A stretch of DNA of 42,152 nucleotides. Source: Patescibacteria group bacterium (GTDB lineage Bacteria > Patescibacteriota > Minisyncoccia > Phycocordibacterales > Zambryskibacteraceae). The notes under the pieces were generated by a model, which was not told where the DNA came from, made no database searches, and worked only from the letters and a program-made list of their open reading frames with translations. A program made the position numbers and the translations under genes. Positions 27,293 through 37,565 of this stretch are shown here, piece after piece (positions within the stretch are counted from its first letter, which is position 1; every line of letters starts with the position of its first letter). The stretch covers positions 1 to 42,152 of the forward strand of contig JAZKAE010000001.1 of NCBI GenBank assembly GCA_040389345.1. Reading direction: 5' to 3'.

Positions 27293-28110
27293 TCTATATC
27301 ATCCTCCCCATACTGAACAGAAAGCAGCTGACACTCGAACTCCTTGCTTCACTTTCTCTACAAACGTATAAGGATTTTGATATTACCATTGTTGATGATG
27401 GCTCGACCGATGGTTCGAAAGAGGAGATTCGCGTGCGCTATCCGGATATCCAGATCATAGAAGGCGCTGGAGACTGGTGGTGGGCTGAGTCTGTGAACAT
27501 GGGGCTTCGATTCGTGCTGCCCAAAGCAAAAGAAGGAGATTTCGTGCTTATTATCAACAACGACGTTGAGGTAAAATCGAATTATCTGGATGAGCATATA
27601 AGGACAAGCACAGAAAACGGCCGGGCTGTCGTCGGATCTCTTGTGAAAAATTTTTATGATGACCGTATTCACGATGCAGGGATCTTGATCGACTGGAGCA
27701 CCTACTCTTTCCCAAATAGAGAATACGATCCAAGCACAAAGACAAAAAAGGTGGACGCGCTGACTACCCGAGGCGTTTTGGTGCCAGTTGAAGTGTTCAA
27801 AAAAACAGGTCTCTTTACTTCTCTACTTCCCCATCATGCGGCGGATATGAATTTTTCACTATGTGCAAAGAGAGCCGGGTTTCCTCTCATCATGTCCTAT
27901 GAAGCCGTAGTCTACAGCAAAGAAAAGAAGGGTGAGAAAGCCTGGCCCTTTCTCACCAAGTATTTTTCCCGCCGATCATCATCAAATCTTGGAGCAAATA
28001 TGATGTTCGCTATGTTAAATGCCCCTACCCTCTACCTCAAAATAAAAAGCATTATGCTTATTGTGTGGAGATTTTTGAGAGAATCTTCAGAGCGCGTTTT
28101 TCCCAAGTAA
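27289..28110 (+). CDS. GT2 family glycosyltransferase
   Basis: IVDDGSTDGS, WWAESVN.G, INND. Confidence 0.9.
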   Translation: MIYIILPILNRKQLTLELLASLSLQTYKDFDITIVDDGSTDGSKEEIRVRYPDIQIIEGAGDWWWAESVNMGLRFVLPKAKEGDFVLIINNDVEVKSNYLDEHIRTSTENGRAVVGSLVKNFYDDRIHDAGILIDWSTYSFPNREYDPSTKTKKVDALTTRGVLVPVEVFKKTGLFTSLLPHHAADMNFSLCAKRAGFPLIMSYEAVVYSKEKKGEKAWPFLTKYFSRRSSSNLGANMMFAMLNAPTLYLKIKSIMLIVWRFLRESSERVFPK

Positions 28111-29170
28111 AGTTTTCCACATCCCTCCGGGCTTCTGCGCCAGTGTCCCTAAGATCATGAATGGCTGCCTTAAGGGCCTCAGCGCTTCCGGGAGTAATGA
28201 GAGTCGCGTTTTTTTCATTCAAAATTTCTCGCATCGAAGGCATATCTGAGGCAATGATCGGTCGCCCGCTTGCCATATATTCAAACATCTTAATAGGAGA
28301 GGTATATTTCTCTGACTCAATAGAAATAGGAATATTGGGGATAAGAAGCGCATCTGAGGCCCTGAGGAACTCAGGAAGCGCCTTCTGCTCTTTATGGCCC
28401 AAAAGCATCACATTATCCAAAGCATTATTCTGGACTAAGTTTTTATATTTCTCGATGTCCTTCTGTGTTCCCCCCACCAATACAAAAACTACATGCGGAT
28501 CATCCTTCATAAGAGACGCCGCCTTAAACACCACATCTACACCCTTCCAGGCATATAGATGTCCGGTATAGAGGATGACCTTCTTATCTTGTGGTAATCC
28601 GAGCTTCTCCCGAAGAAGTATTGGATCAGCTTTAATATCAAACATTGAGAGGTCTACCCCATTTGGGACAGCCAAAGTATTCATTCCTCTTTTTTTGAAT
28701 TCTTCTTCAGTGCCTCCTGAATTACAGACGATAAGATAGACTTTCGAAAGCAGTCTTACAAAAAGGGATATCTTCGTCTCCGGCCACACATGCGCTTCAA
28801 ACACGGTTTTATACCCACGCATAGAAAAAAGCCACGCCACTTCGGTGCTCCTTGTATATACAATGGTCTCCTTTGGAACCCTAAGAAGTGCAAGTCGAGA
28901 TAAAAATCCCGCTACTTGAAGGCGAAAAGCAAGGGCTCCGAGATATTTCTCAAACCGCATAAGGCTTGGGCTTTTGATCTTTCGAATACTGAATATTCTC
29001 TCTACGCCGTAGTAGTCAAAAGGGTCCTTTTTTATTGGGTTCTCTCGATCTGGGATGATGAGTTCCACGGTGGCCCCAGAGAGCACAAAGGCTTCACAGG
29101 ACTTCATAATCTGGACTCCGTGGGCTTTCTCCGTGGGAAGCCTCACATCCGCTATATAGGTGATTTTCAC
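28058..29170 (-). CDS. GT4 family glycosyltransferase
   Basis: PNGVD, YTGHLYAWKG, SPIKMFEYMASGRPIIASD; GTG start at 29170 preferred. Confidence 0.92.
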   Translation of the reverse strand: MKITYIADVRLPTEKAHGVQIMKSCEAFVLSGATVELIIPDRENPIKKDPFDYYGVERIFSIRKIKSPSLMRFEKYLGALAFRLQVAGFLSRLALLRVPKETIVYTRSTEVAWLFSMRGYKTVFEAHVWPETKISLFVRLLSKVYLIVCNSGGTEEEFKKRGMNTLAVPNGVDLSMFDIKADPILLREKLGLPQDKKVILYTGHLYAWKGVDVVFKAASLMKDDPHVVFVLVGGTQKDIEKYKNLVQNNALDNVMLLGHKEQKALPEFLRASDALLIPNIPISIESEKYTSPIKMFEYMASGRPIIASDMPSMREILNEKNATLITPGSAEALKAAIHDLRDTGAEARRDVENFTWEKRALKILSKISTQ

Positions 29171-29185
29171 GGCCTTATAGTACAA

Positions 29186-29800
29186 CTATTTGGTTAAAAA
29201 GACATTGTAACCGCTCGTTTGTTTGGAATTGAGTTTCCCTGTGAGGCGATCTAGAAGATACGCCAGGTCATTCAAAAATCCTATTCTGCCAAGCGGAGAG
29301 ATCTTGATCCAGGTTTCGATCGCTCCCCGGACATTAACGATCTCAACGCCAGAAAAGTCTTTGGCCAAGAGTCTGAGCGAATCCTCTGTATATCTCCAAT
29401 AGTCCTTATAGTAGCCTTTTTCTCCATGATAATAGTAGAGAAATGGTACATAGATAAATGCATACCCTCCGGGAGCGAGTACACGATGTATTTCTTTGAA
29501 CGCCTGTTTCGGGTCTTCAACATGTTGAAGGATGGCGATAGCAAACAACCCTTCAATGCTTTCATTCGAAAGTGGCAAAGCATGAATATCTCCCACAATG
29601 TCTGGGTGATACGTATCGATCACATCGAGCACCTTGTAATCGGTTTTTTCTATATACGACCTGATCCATTCTCGTTGAGCATCATATCTATTCCCTTTCT
29701 CTTTGATCACCCTGAGTCCTCCGCCAATATCCAAAATGATCTTTTTCTCATTAAAGATCTGCTTTGTCCTTTCCTTAAAAAAGATTTCCCAGGGCTTCAT
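29186..29800 (-). CDS. Class I SAM methyltransferase (type 11-like)
   Basis: LDIGGG, GDIHALP, LQHVEDP, RVLAPGG, DYWRYT. Confidence 0.88.
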   Translation of the reverse strand: MKPWEIFFKERTKQIFNEKKIILDIGGGLRVIKEKGNRYDAQREWIRSYIEKTDYKVLDVIDTYHPDIVGDIHALPLSNESIEGLFAIAILQHVEDPKQAFKEIHRVLAPGGYAFIYVPFLYYYHGEKGYYKDYWRYTEDSLRLLAKDFSGVEIVNVRGAIETWIKISPLGRIGFLNDLAYLLDRLTGKLNSKQTSGYNVFLTK

Positions 29801-30561
29801 TTTTTGAATATTTTTAGTCGTACTCTTTCAGCGAACCACAAGATGTTACAGACATACTTATATAAGAGTATATATCCGTAGTTTGTGTCCTTATTCTTAA
29901 ATTCTCTCCATAGATAGGTTCGGCTTGGTAAATTAGGATCAATGAACTTTATATAATCCCTGTCCCCGCTTTTGTCCTCAGCAAGGTATCGATCAAGCTT
30001 TTCCTGCATCTTTGCTCGGTCCACATAGCCATAATGTTTCAAGCGATAGGGGGACAAAAAGCTCTTTCCTGGTACACCAAAAATATCCCCATTGTGGAGT
30101 TTTTTATTTCTAAAATATGCGCTTGGCACGTTCTTCCACATGCTTCTTTGTGGGTGGAGGTTGTAGAGATAATACTGGCTGTCGAACCTGCAATGTTTTC
30201 TATCGAGCCAAAAATTACACATTCGAAACGTGATGCGATTATAACCTGACCTCATATACTGCTCTGCGACAGCCCTCGTAAAGTGATCTTCGAACACTTC
30301 GTCCGCATCGATCCAGAGTATCCAATCGGGACTACGAAGCTTGGCTTCCTCAAGGAGCATGATCTTATCCCGGCCTTCATCATACCCTTCGGTATACATG
30401 ATCTTTATGATCTTTGGATACGCCTTATACCTTTCCAGAGTCCCATCGGTCGAGCCGTTGTCTATGAGAATGATCTCATCGACAATTCTTGAGAGCTTTG
30501 AAAGGCATTCGTCGATCGTGGCAATCTGATCTTTTATTCTGAGTATGGCAAGAAGGTTCAT
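29797..30561 (-). CDS. GT2 family glycosyltransferase
   Basis: IDNGSTDGT, DWILWIDADE, LKHYGY. Confidence 0.88.
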   Translation of the reverse strand: MNLLAILRIKDQIATIDECLSKLSRIVDEIILIDNGSTDGTLERYKAYPKIIKIMYTEGYDEGRDKIMLLEEAKLRSPDWILWIDADEVFEDHFTRAVAEQYMRSGYNRITFRMCNFWLDRKHCRFDSQYYLYNLHPQRSMWKNVPSAYFRNKKLHNGDIFGVPGKSFLSPYRLKHYGYVDRAKMQEKLDRYLAEDKSGDRDYIKFIDPNLPSRTYLWREFKNKDTNYGYILLYKYVCNILWFAERVRLKIFKK

Positions 30562-31631
30562 ATGATCATATATAGGTCTCGCAGGAATTCTTCAACCAGC
30601 TCCTTTGGGGAAAGCTTCTCTTTAAAGAGATCGAGGGCTCCTTGTCCGATCTTTTTCTTTAGATCTTCATTTGCCTCAAGCTCAAGGACCTTTGTAGCCA
30701 GGTCTTCGGGATCTCCCGCCCTGCACATAAGCACATTTTCTCGATCAGTAAAAAGCTCCCTCATGCCTGGAGTATCCGCAGACACCATCGCCTTACCGAA
30801 CACCATACCTTCAAAGATCTTATTCATGATCACCCAATGTCCTCGTTCTGTCGTGCCAAAAGCTCCGAGGAGAACGTCACAATCGTCGATCCGTTTCAGC
30901 ACATCCTGATAATCTGGGATGCGTCCAAAAAATTCCATGTTTTTAAGACCGGTGGATTCGGCCAAATTTTTCATCTCTTTTTGAAGCTGCCCGCCGCCGA
31001 TCATATTGAACTTGATACGAGGATTCCCTTCGACGATCTTGGCCGCTCGGATGATATGTTCGATCCCATGAAGACCGATGAAGGTCCCATGGTAATGCAC
31101 GATGAACTCAGGCCTTCCGCTCGTATCCTTGGGATGATCCACGGGCTTCAGAGCCGAGCTTAAAAATATGCGGATCGATTTCTCTTTCTTGAGCCCGTAC
31201 TTTCTTCCGAACGCCTTGATGTGCTCGTCGGCGTCGATCACCACCACATCCGCAACCCGTATGCTGTACCAATCCAAAAAGTAATCTTTGAATGCCTTGA
31301 GACTCCAGGGCGCATGCACTTTCCTGTCTACGACGTTCGATGCATACTGAGAAATAAATATATCGAACACTATTTTCTTGTTCGGGAACAGGATCTTGGC
31401 GAGCCATACGCAGGTATGGCCTGGGAAAGCCACGAACACAAAATCAACATTTTCGACCTTTATCTTTTTAGCTTCTTTAATGAGGAGCCAGTATTTTTTG
31501 ATCCCTTTGTGGATCTTTGGATCAATATTGGTATGCACGATCTCATATCCATTCTCAAGAAGCCCTTGGATGATAACCTTGTTTCGAGAATACTCTCTAT
31601 CATAGATACCGAAGAAAAGGACTTTTTTCAT
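30558..31631 (-). CDS. GT4 family glycosyltransferase
   Basis: YSRNKV, YHGTFIGLHG, NKIFEGMVFGK. Confidence 0.88.
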   Translation of the reverse strand: MKKVLFFGIYDREYSRNKVIIQGLLENGYEIVHTNIDPKIHKGIKKYWLLIKEAKKIKVENVDFVFVAFPGHTCVWLAKILFPNKKIVFDIFISQYASNVVDRKVHAPWSLKAFKDYFLDWYSIRVADVVVIDADEHIKAFGRKYGLKKEKSIRIFLSSALKPVDHPKDTSGRPEFIVHYHGTFIGLHGIEHIIRAAKIVEGNPRIKFNMIGGGQLQKEMKNLAESTGLKNMEFFGRIPDYQDVLKRIDDCDVLLGAFGTTERGHWVIMNKIFEGMVFGKAMVSADTPGMRELFTDRENVLMCRAGDPEDLATKVLELEANEDLKKKIGQGALDLFKEKLSPKELVEEFLRDLYMII

Positions 31632-32308
31632 ACTATTATTTCATCATCTTTTCTCCAGCTCTCAAAGAAGAAAGGATAATCATATGTTAAATGATGGGTC
31701 TTCTTTAGAGAACTTCTAATATTTTCTCGAAGCTTTTCTGCATCTGGATAAAAATGATGGAATTCTATCTGAAGGTCTTTACACTTAGATATCATATCGT
31801 TCTCTATCATCCGCGGGAGCACGGCGTATTCTCCCCCTTCGATGTTCATTTTTAAAAGATCAACGTTCTTGATGTGGAGCTCTTCAAAAACTGTCTTTAT
31901 ATCTCGCAGTTTTATGGATGTTCCCTTTCCAGCTACAAAGACACTCGAAGCCACCCCATTCAGGGAGATCGTTGTTTCTTCATCTTTATCTGAAACTCCA
32001 AAGGTATATATATGAACTTTCTTATTGTCTTTAAATCTTTGAATAGCTTGGTCGGCGAACTCTTTGACTGGTTCAAAGATGTAGATCGTACAGTCATACA
32101 TAGTGGATATCCTTTCTGCCCATTCACCCACATATCCTCCGAGGTCTACCACAACACTGTCTTGGTTCAATGGGTAGACATATCTAAGTCCTCGCTCTGC
32201 GTTATCCAGTTTAAATTGCTCTCGAGCTATGAACAGCTCATCAACCACCACATATCTTTTAATGAAGGTTTTTATCTTCTCTATGATCCTGTGAAGCCTT
32301 CTTTTCAT
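31628..32308 (-). CDS. FkbM family methyltransferase
   Basis: VVDLGGYVG, FEPV, DLLKMNIEGGEY, QIEFH. Confidence 0.92.
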   Translation of the reverse strand: MKRRLHRIIEKIKTFIKRYVVVDELFIAREQFKLDNAERGLRYVYPLNQDSVVVDLGGYVGEWAERISTMYDCTIYIFEPVKEFADQAIQRFKDNKKVHIYTFGVSDKDEETTISLNGVASSVFVAGKGTSIKLRDIKTVFEELHIKNVDLLKMNIEGGEYAVLPRMIENDMISKCKDLQIEFHHFYPDAEKLRENIRSSLKKTHHLTYDYPFFFESWRKDDEIIV

Positions 32309-33333
32309 TGGAGCCTGTGCATTATGTTACCGATCACTGTAGTAACGCTATATTCTTGGCTCATCTTTTCTCTAAGGCCTGAAAGTATTGATGATCGAGT
32401 ATCATGTGCCATGGACCCAAAAGCCTGGATTCGATCGGCAAGAGAAACCTCATCTCCATAAGCGTATGAGAAGGTATCCCAATATTCTCCGAACACATTT
32501 CTAAAGGCACTATTTGAGGCAAAGGTAGGAACACCTGTCGCCAATGATCCCAAGACCGCCTTATCCATCCCACCATCAGGGGAGGCATTCACAGAAACGG
32601 ACCCTGAACTGAACATCTGGTCATCCTTCATCTCTTTCACAAAAGTTACTCTATCTTGAATCTTGAGCTCGCTTGCAAGTTTTTCGAGGGCGATCTGATA
32701 AGTTTGATCTTCTACAGTAACACTGGGACCGATAAAGCGAATATGAGAAACCTGAGGCAAGAGAGCCCCGGCTCGAAGAATCGTCTCCAAATTCTTTATC
32801 TTGCTTATACGCCCCAAATATACAAGTTCGATACCTTGCGAAAGATCTGAGGAAACAGGTGGAAACTTATTAGCGTCTATCCCATGCCCAACCACGTGCA
32901 CTTTGCTACTTTGTATGCCGAATCCTTCTTTAGAAGCGGTAAAGATCATGTCGGCGAACTTCTCTGCAATCTTGAGCTTCTCATCAACTTCACGATGAAC
33001 ATACCACAGAGCTATCTTTTTGTTCCAGATCTTCCAAAGCAACCCGCCCAAGATCACATACTCCGGGTTCATATGGACAAACACAGTGTCGTACTCTTTC
33101 CTGGTTTTCCAAATGAATTTATAGAAATTTCTCAGATACCCTAGGCGAGTCCTGCCCTTGTCCTTGCCTAGAGAAAACACTCGAACATTTCGAGGCAAAT
33201 GATGCTCTCCTTCTTCAAGGCAGACAACGGTTACCTGGTCACAGAGTTTGGCAAACTCTTCGACCCACGAGTGAAAAAATCCCAAAATAGGGTCTTGTTG
33301 GTCGATCTTTTGAGTGCAGATAAGAAGCCTCAT
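32305..33333 (-). CDS. GT4 family glycosyltransferase
   Basis: GHGID, LGRISKIK, DKAVLGSLATG. Confidence 0.88.
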   Translation of the reverse strand: MRLLICTQKIDQQDPILGFFHSWVEEFAKLCDQVTVVCLEEGEHHLPRNVRVFSLGKDKGRTRLGYLRNFYKFIWKTRKEYDTVFVHMNPEYVILGGLLWKIWNKKIALWYVHREVDEKLKIAEKFADMIFTASKEGFGIQSSKVHVVGHGIDANKFPPVSSDLSQGIELVYLGRISKIKNLETILRAGALLPQVSHIRFIGPSVTVEDQTYQIALEKLASELKIQDRVTFVKEMKDDQMFSSGSVSVNASPDGGMDKAVLGSLATGVPTFASNSAFRNVFGEYWDTFSYAYGDEVSLADRIQAFGSMAHDTRSSILSGLREKMSQEYSVTTVIGNIMHRLQ

Positions 33334-33354
33334 TTAGGTTATTATACAGGGATA
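33334..33354. promoter_or_regulatory. Candidate bidirectional promoter with overlapping -10 elements
   Basis: 21-bp gap between divergent ATGs holds TATAAT (- strand, 33346-33341) and TATTAT (+ strand, 33340-33345). Confidence 0.6.
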
Positions 33355-34287
33355 ATGTGGAAGACCTTCATCATACGCCTTCTGTACGCTTTGGGCATCC
33401 CAGGCCTTTTTAGAGCGCTCCATACGCATGACCTGACCATACTCCTGTATCACGGAGTAGCTCCCACTGAAGCCCGAGGCATGTATAACTACCGAGGCAA
33501 GTTCATCGCACCTGAGGTCTTTAAAATGCATCTTTCGTATATCAAAAAATATTACACGGTACTTGATCTTGATGAAGCGCTTGAAAAACAAAAAGCAGGA
33601 ACCCTGCCTCCACATTCTCTCGTGATCACTTTCGATGATGGATATAAGAATTTTTATACCTATGCATTCCCCCTGCTCAGAGATGGAGGAGTTACTGCTA
33701 CATTCTTTATTCCTACAGATTTTGTATTTGAAAAGAAAGCGTTGTGGATGGACCGTCTCGAATATATCGGACTCAAGAATGATGCAACTGTACGGCACTC
33801 ATTAAAATTGATGCCGGATGTGGATAGAGCAGCAGAGATTGAACGCCTCGAAAACGAATATCAAAAAAAACTTTTTGATTTCGAAGAAGTCAGATCGGTG
33901 TATGCTCCATTGTCCATAGAAGGGATCCGGGAAATGCAGAACGCCGGCATGAAATTTGGAGCTCACACTCAGTCTCATCCGATACTCAGCAAAGTGAACA
34001 GAGAGCGTCTTGAAGAAGAGATCCTCGGTTCAAAAAAAATACTTGAAGAAAAGATCGGCTCAATTTCTCGCACCTTCTGTTATCCGAACGGCCAAAAGGA
34101 AGACATGAACAATGATACAAAAATTGTGATACAGAAAGAATTCTCAGCCGCCTTGAGTACCATCGAAGGGATAAACAAGAAAGGTACAGACCCGTATGAA
34201 TTACAAAGGATCTCCATGGATGCGCTTACGACGAAAGCGGGGGTTGCAACAGCGATCTCAGGCGCCCGAAATTTCTTTAGGCCTTAA
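33355..34287 (+). CDS. Polysaccharide deacetylase (CE4/NodB, IcaB-like)
   Basis: LLYHGV, ITFDDGY, GAHTQSHP, FCYPNG; start reset to ATG 33355. Confidence 0.92.
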   Translation: MWKTFIIRLLYALGIPGLFRALHTHDLTILLYHGVAPTEARGMYNYRGKFIAPEVFKMHLSYIKKYYTVLDLDEALEKQKAGTLPPHSLVITFDDGYKNFYTYAFPLLRDGGVTATFFIPTDFVFEKKALWMDRLEYIGLKNDATVRHSLKLMPDVDRAAEIERLENEYQKKLFDFEEVRSVYAPLSIEGIREMQNAGMKFGAHTQSHPILSKVNRERLEEEILGSKKILEEKIGSISRTFCYPNGQKEDMNNDTKIVIQKEFSAALSTIEGINKKGTDPYELQRISMDALTTKAGVATAISGARNFFRP

Positions 34288-35434
34288 CCTTCTCGGCGGT
34301 CTCGATCCATGCCGCCAAAAGCCTCTGCATATACTCTTCTTTAGAGATAAGGATGGTGTCGAGCTTGTGCTTCAAATTGGCCGCTAAAACCTGCCTTTTC
34401 TCATTATTCTCAAGGAGGTCATACATGGCATTAAACATGTATTCTGGGTCATTTTGGGGGCAAATATAGGCCTCTAGGCCGTTTTTAAGCTCCTGGGCTA
34501 TCCCCACTGGGGTGGTTACCACGGGGGTACCAGATATCCCCGCTTCGATGAGCGAGAGCCCGTATCCCTCAAATCGTGAGGTCTGAAGAAAGATATTGGC
34601 GCTCTTATAATATGACGCGAGATTCGATTGCCAGCCGGCAAACGCTACGTTGTTTTTTATGCCAAGTTCTTTCACTTTTGATCTAAGACTTTCTTCTTCC
34701 GGACCGGAACCAACGATCACAAGGCCTGAATCTGGAAAAAATTTCCTCAGGCGCGCAAAGGCTTCAAGTCCAAGTGGAATATTCTTCTCTGGAGTTAAGC
34801 GAGAGACCATCAACACGATAAAAAGCCATCCGTACCTCGCATGAAGGTCGAACACAGCCTTCTCCTCTGCGATCTTTTTTGTATCCATATAGATCGGAAG
34901 AACCGAGATGCTCGCCTCAGGAAGTGAGAATTTTTGCATAAGAGCATCACGCAGAGGGGCTCCAACCACACGGATAGAATCCGCGGATCTCACCACCTTG
35001 TCTGCGATCTTCTGTCGAATAGAATTCAAAAAACCACTAAAATAAGGAGAAAAGGGGTCCGTGTGAAGCTGCACCTCAAGCGGGATCCTCCATGCATTCT
35101 TTATAGATCGCCCCGCCCATCCGCACTCAAAAGGATCCTGCGCGGTAATAAGCGATCCCCCACGCACGAACTTTTTATCAAAGACGAGTTTCTTCCCGAG
35201 CTTTGCCGCACCGAACGGACGCAGCCATCGTGAAGGAGAATTCGTAGGATAGACCCACGTGTTCTTTGAAAGCTGTACATTCTTGAGTCCATGCTTGGCA
35301 TCAGACATGAGGACGATGTGGAGCTCTTCTACAAGCTCGCCATATTCTTTCATCCTCTCGGCTGCCCGAGTTCCAGGAACTGCTTCGTTCCTGTCGTTTG
35401 AGATCATGAGCACTTTTAGGCGGGAGCTTTCCAT
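34277..35434 (-). CDS. GT4 family glycosyltransferase
   Basis: VSRLTPEKN, GSGPE, EGYGLSLIEA; start reset to ATG 35434. Confidence 0.92.
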   Translation of the reverse strand: MESSRLKVLMISNDRNEAVPGTRAAERMKEYGELVEELHIVLMSDAKHGLKNVQLSKNTWVYPTNSPSRWLRPFGAAKLGKKLVFDKKFVRGGSLITAQDPFECGWAGRSIKNAWRIPLEVQLHTDPFSPYFSGFLNSIRQKIADKVVRSADSIRVVGAPLRDALMQKFSLPEASISVLPIYMDTKKIAEEKAVFDLHARYGWLFIVLMVSRLTPEKNIPLGLEAFARLRKFFPDSGLVIVGSGPEEESLRSKVKELGIKNNVAFAGWQSNLASYYKSANIFLQTSRFEGYGLSLIEAGISGTPVVTTPVGIAQELKNGLEAYICPQNDPEYMFNAMYDLLENNEKRQVLAANLKHKLDTILISKEEYMQRLLAAWIETAEKVKA

Positions 35435-36426
35435 CAGCCTATTATACTCAAGTATTCGTGGGCAAGTTCGCTCCACGACCTCGACGTTGCAGTAGAAAGT
35501 TTCTGGACAAAAGAAGCGTAGATCTCAGGATCCAGCATTCGCTCGATCGCCCGTTCGAGTTCTGTCTGATCTTTCGGATCGATGAACGCCCCTCCTTCCG
35601 GATAGATCTCTGGTATGCCTGTGTACTTGGTCATAATAAAAGGCTTGTTGAACGAAGCTCCTTCAAGGATAAAGTTAGGACAAACATCCGAAAGCGATGG
35701 AAGGATAACGGCATAGCAAGCTTTCAGCTTGGCCTCGAGATCTTCGCGAGACAAGTTCGTGATCATCTCAAGTCTGACCTCCGGATATTTGGTACGAATC
35801 TTCTCTATGGCACAACCAAGGATCTCGAGATTCTTCAAAGTGATCTTTCGGCCTGCCCATATAAAATTCTTTTCTTTTGGTATTTCTCCTTGTTTCTTTT
35901 CAGGAATAAAATTCTTGACCAGACGAGCCCGAGCGAGATCAAGTTCGTATGGTTTTTCCCAGATAGAACGTTGCCACTCAGTATTAAAAGCAAGGATAGA
36001 TGAGTGAGCCAAAAATTTCGTGCAGGCAATTATGATGCGCTCTTTTATGGTGAAGACTGGGTGGGATTCGTAAAATGCTGGCAGAGGCAACTTTTCTTTA
36101 GTTCGGTTTATATATGATTCCCACAAGAAATCCCCGCCTACTCGGACTATCGAACGCTTGCCCAAGAGATTCGCTGCGGCGACAGAAGGCACTCCTACGC
36201 TAAAGGTATCGAGGGCCAGCACAAGATCTGCGTTCCAGACTTTTGGCAGGATCCGTTCAAAGAACCACAGATGACGGATTCCCACCGGGAGCTTTTTCTC
36301 GACTCCATAACAGATAACATCGACCTCATGCCCGAGCTTTTTCAGCTCGCTGGCCAAATTCGGCGCATACTGTGCTGGCCCTCCGATGTCTCTTGCCGAA
36401 AGTCCTGATGTAATAAGAATACGCAT
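35434..36426 (-). CDS. GT4 family glycosyltransferase
   Basis: DIGGPAQY, AGRKITLKN, ILPSLSDVCPNFILE. Confidence 0.88.
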   Translation of the reverse strand: MRILITSGLSARDIGGPAQYAPNLASELKKLGHEVDVICYGVEKKLPVGIRHLWFFERILPKVWNADLVLALDTFSVGVPSVAAANLLGKRSIVRVGGDFLWESYINRTKEKLPLPAFYESHPVFTIKERIIIACTKFLAHSSILAFNTEWQRSIWEKPYELDLARARLVKNFIPEKKQGEIPKEKNFIWAGRKITLKNLEILGCAIEKIRTKYPEVRLEMITNLSREDLEAKLKACYAVILPSLSDVCPNFILEGASFNKPFIMTKYTGIPEIYPEGGAFIDPKDQTELERAIERMLDPEIYASFVQKLSTATSRSWSELAHEYLSIIG

Positions 36427-36427
36427 G

Positions 36428-37564
36428 TTATTTTGTGAATATTCGCTCTCTCATTTCCTTAGCCACGAGGTTCCAATCGTATTTTTCTTCAGCAAGTTTC
36501 TTTCCGTTTGAGACAAGTTTCTCGCGAAGCTCTTTGTCGTCTATCAACCGCAGGATTTGAGTCTTAATGCTTTCTGGATCCTTTACATTCACAAAGAGGC
36601 CAGTAGGCGGCATGTCGTGGTCTTTGTCTGGATCGAACACAAAATCAATGATCCCCCCAACCGCAGTGGCAATCACAGGAAGCCCCGCTGCCATGGCTTC
36701 GATGAAGGAGTTGCCAAAACCTTCAGAAAGCGAAGGGCGAATAAAAATATCCGACGCGTGGAGGTAGAGAGGTATGTTTTTATACTCAACGTATCCAAGG
36801 AACTTTACCTGAGTCTCCACTCCGCATCTGCGTGCCAAGCTCTCGAGTATCTTTTGATCAGGACCTGTCCCCAGGATCAGAAACTTTACGGTCTTAGGCA
36901 AAAGCGCGACCGCCTTGATCACATCATCGATCCCATTCTTTTTTACCAACCTTGAAGTCGTGATGAGATAGGTCTCTGTATCCTTTTTTTCAAATCTCTC
37001 AAGTATTTCCTGCATTCGATGAGGGTCAGGAAGCTCGGCAAATGACTTGTAATCCACTCCGTTGGGGATGACCTCGACCTTGCCCTTATACCCCATCGCT
37101 TCCGCAAAGTCTGCGAGAAAATATGAGATGGCCTGGATCTTGTCCGCTCGCATGAATATTTTTCGAAAGATCGGAGAGACGAACCATGTCTTGGCTTTGA
37201 TGGATTCGATCGGATCTCCTTCCTGCAAGGTCAATATATAGGGCACCTCCGGATGCGACATCTTGAAGAACAAACTGGCAAACCCGGCATACGCCGCCAT
37301 GATGGACCAGATCGCATCGAACTTTTTCTCTTTATGAAGGGATTTGCCATAAAAAGAGGCTTCAAATGGAAACATAAGTTTGGAGGTATTGATGCGGTGC
37401 ACGACAACATTACCAATACGCTCTACCTTTGGATGAGAAGGATCGAACTGGAGAGTCACCATCTCAAACTCATGTTCGGGCAAGCGGTCCGTGATCTCTT
37501 TGACCGCGACCTCTGCGCCACCGATCATAGGATGATAGGCAATGGAAAATATAAGTACCCGCAT
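36428..37564 (-). CDS. GT4 family glycosyltransferase
   Basis: IGGAE, IPNGVD, SRLVKKNG, EGFGNSFIEAMAAG. Confidence 0.93.
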   Translation of the reverse strand: MRVLIFSIAYHPMIGGAEVAVKEITDRLPEHEFEMVTLQFDPSHPKVERIGNVVVHRINTSKLMFPFEASFYGKSLHKEKKFDAIWSIMAAYAGFASLFFKMSHPEVPYILTLQEGDPIESIKAKTWFVSPIFRKIFMRADKIQAISYFLADFAEAMGYKGKVEVIPNGVDYKSFAELPDPHRMQEILERFEKKDTETYLITTSRLVKKNGIDDVIKAVALLPKTVKFLILGTGPDQKILESLARRCGVETQVKFLGYVEYKNIPLYLHASDIFIRPSLSEGFGNSFIEAMAAGLPVIATAVGGIIDFVFDPDKDHDMPPTGLFVNVKDPESIKTQILRLIDDKELREKLVSNGKKLAEEKYDWNLVAKEMRERIFTK

Positions 37565-37565
37565 A

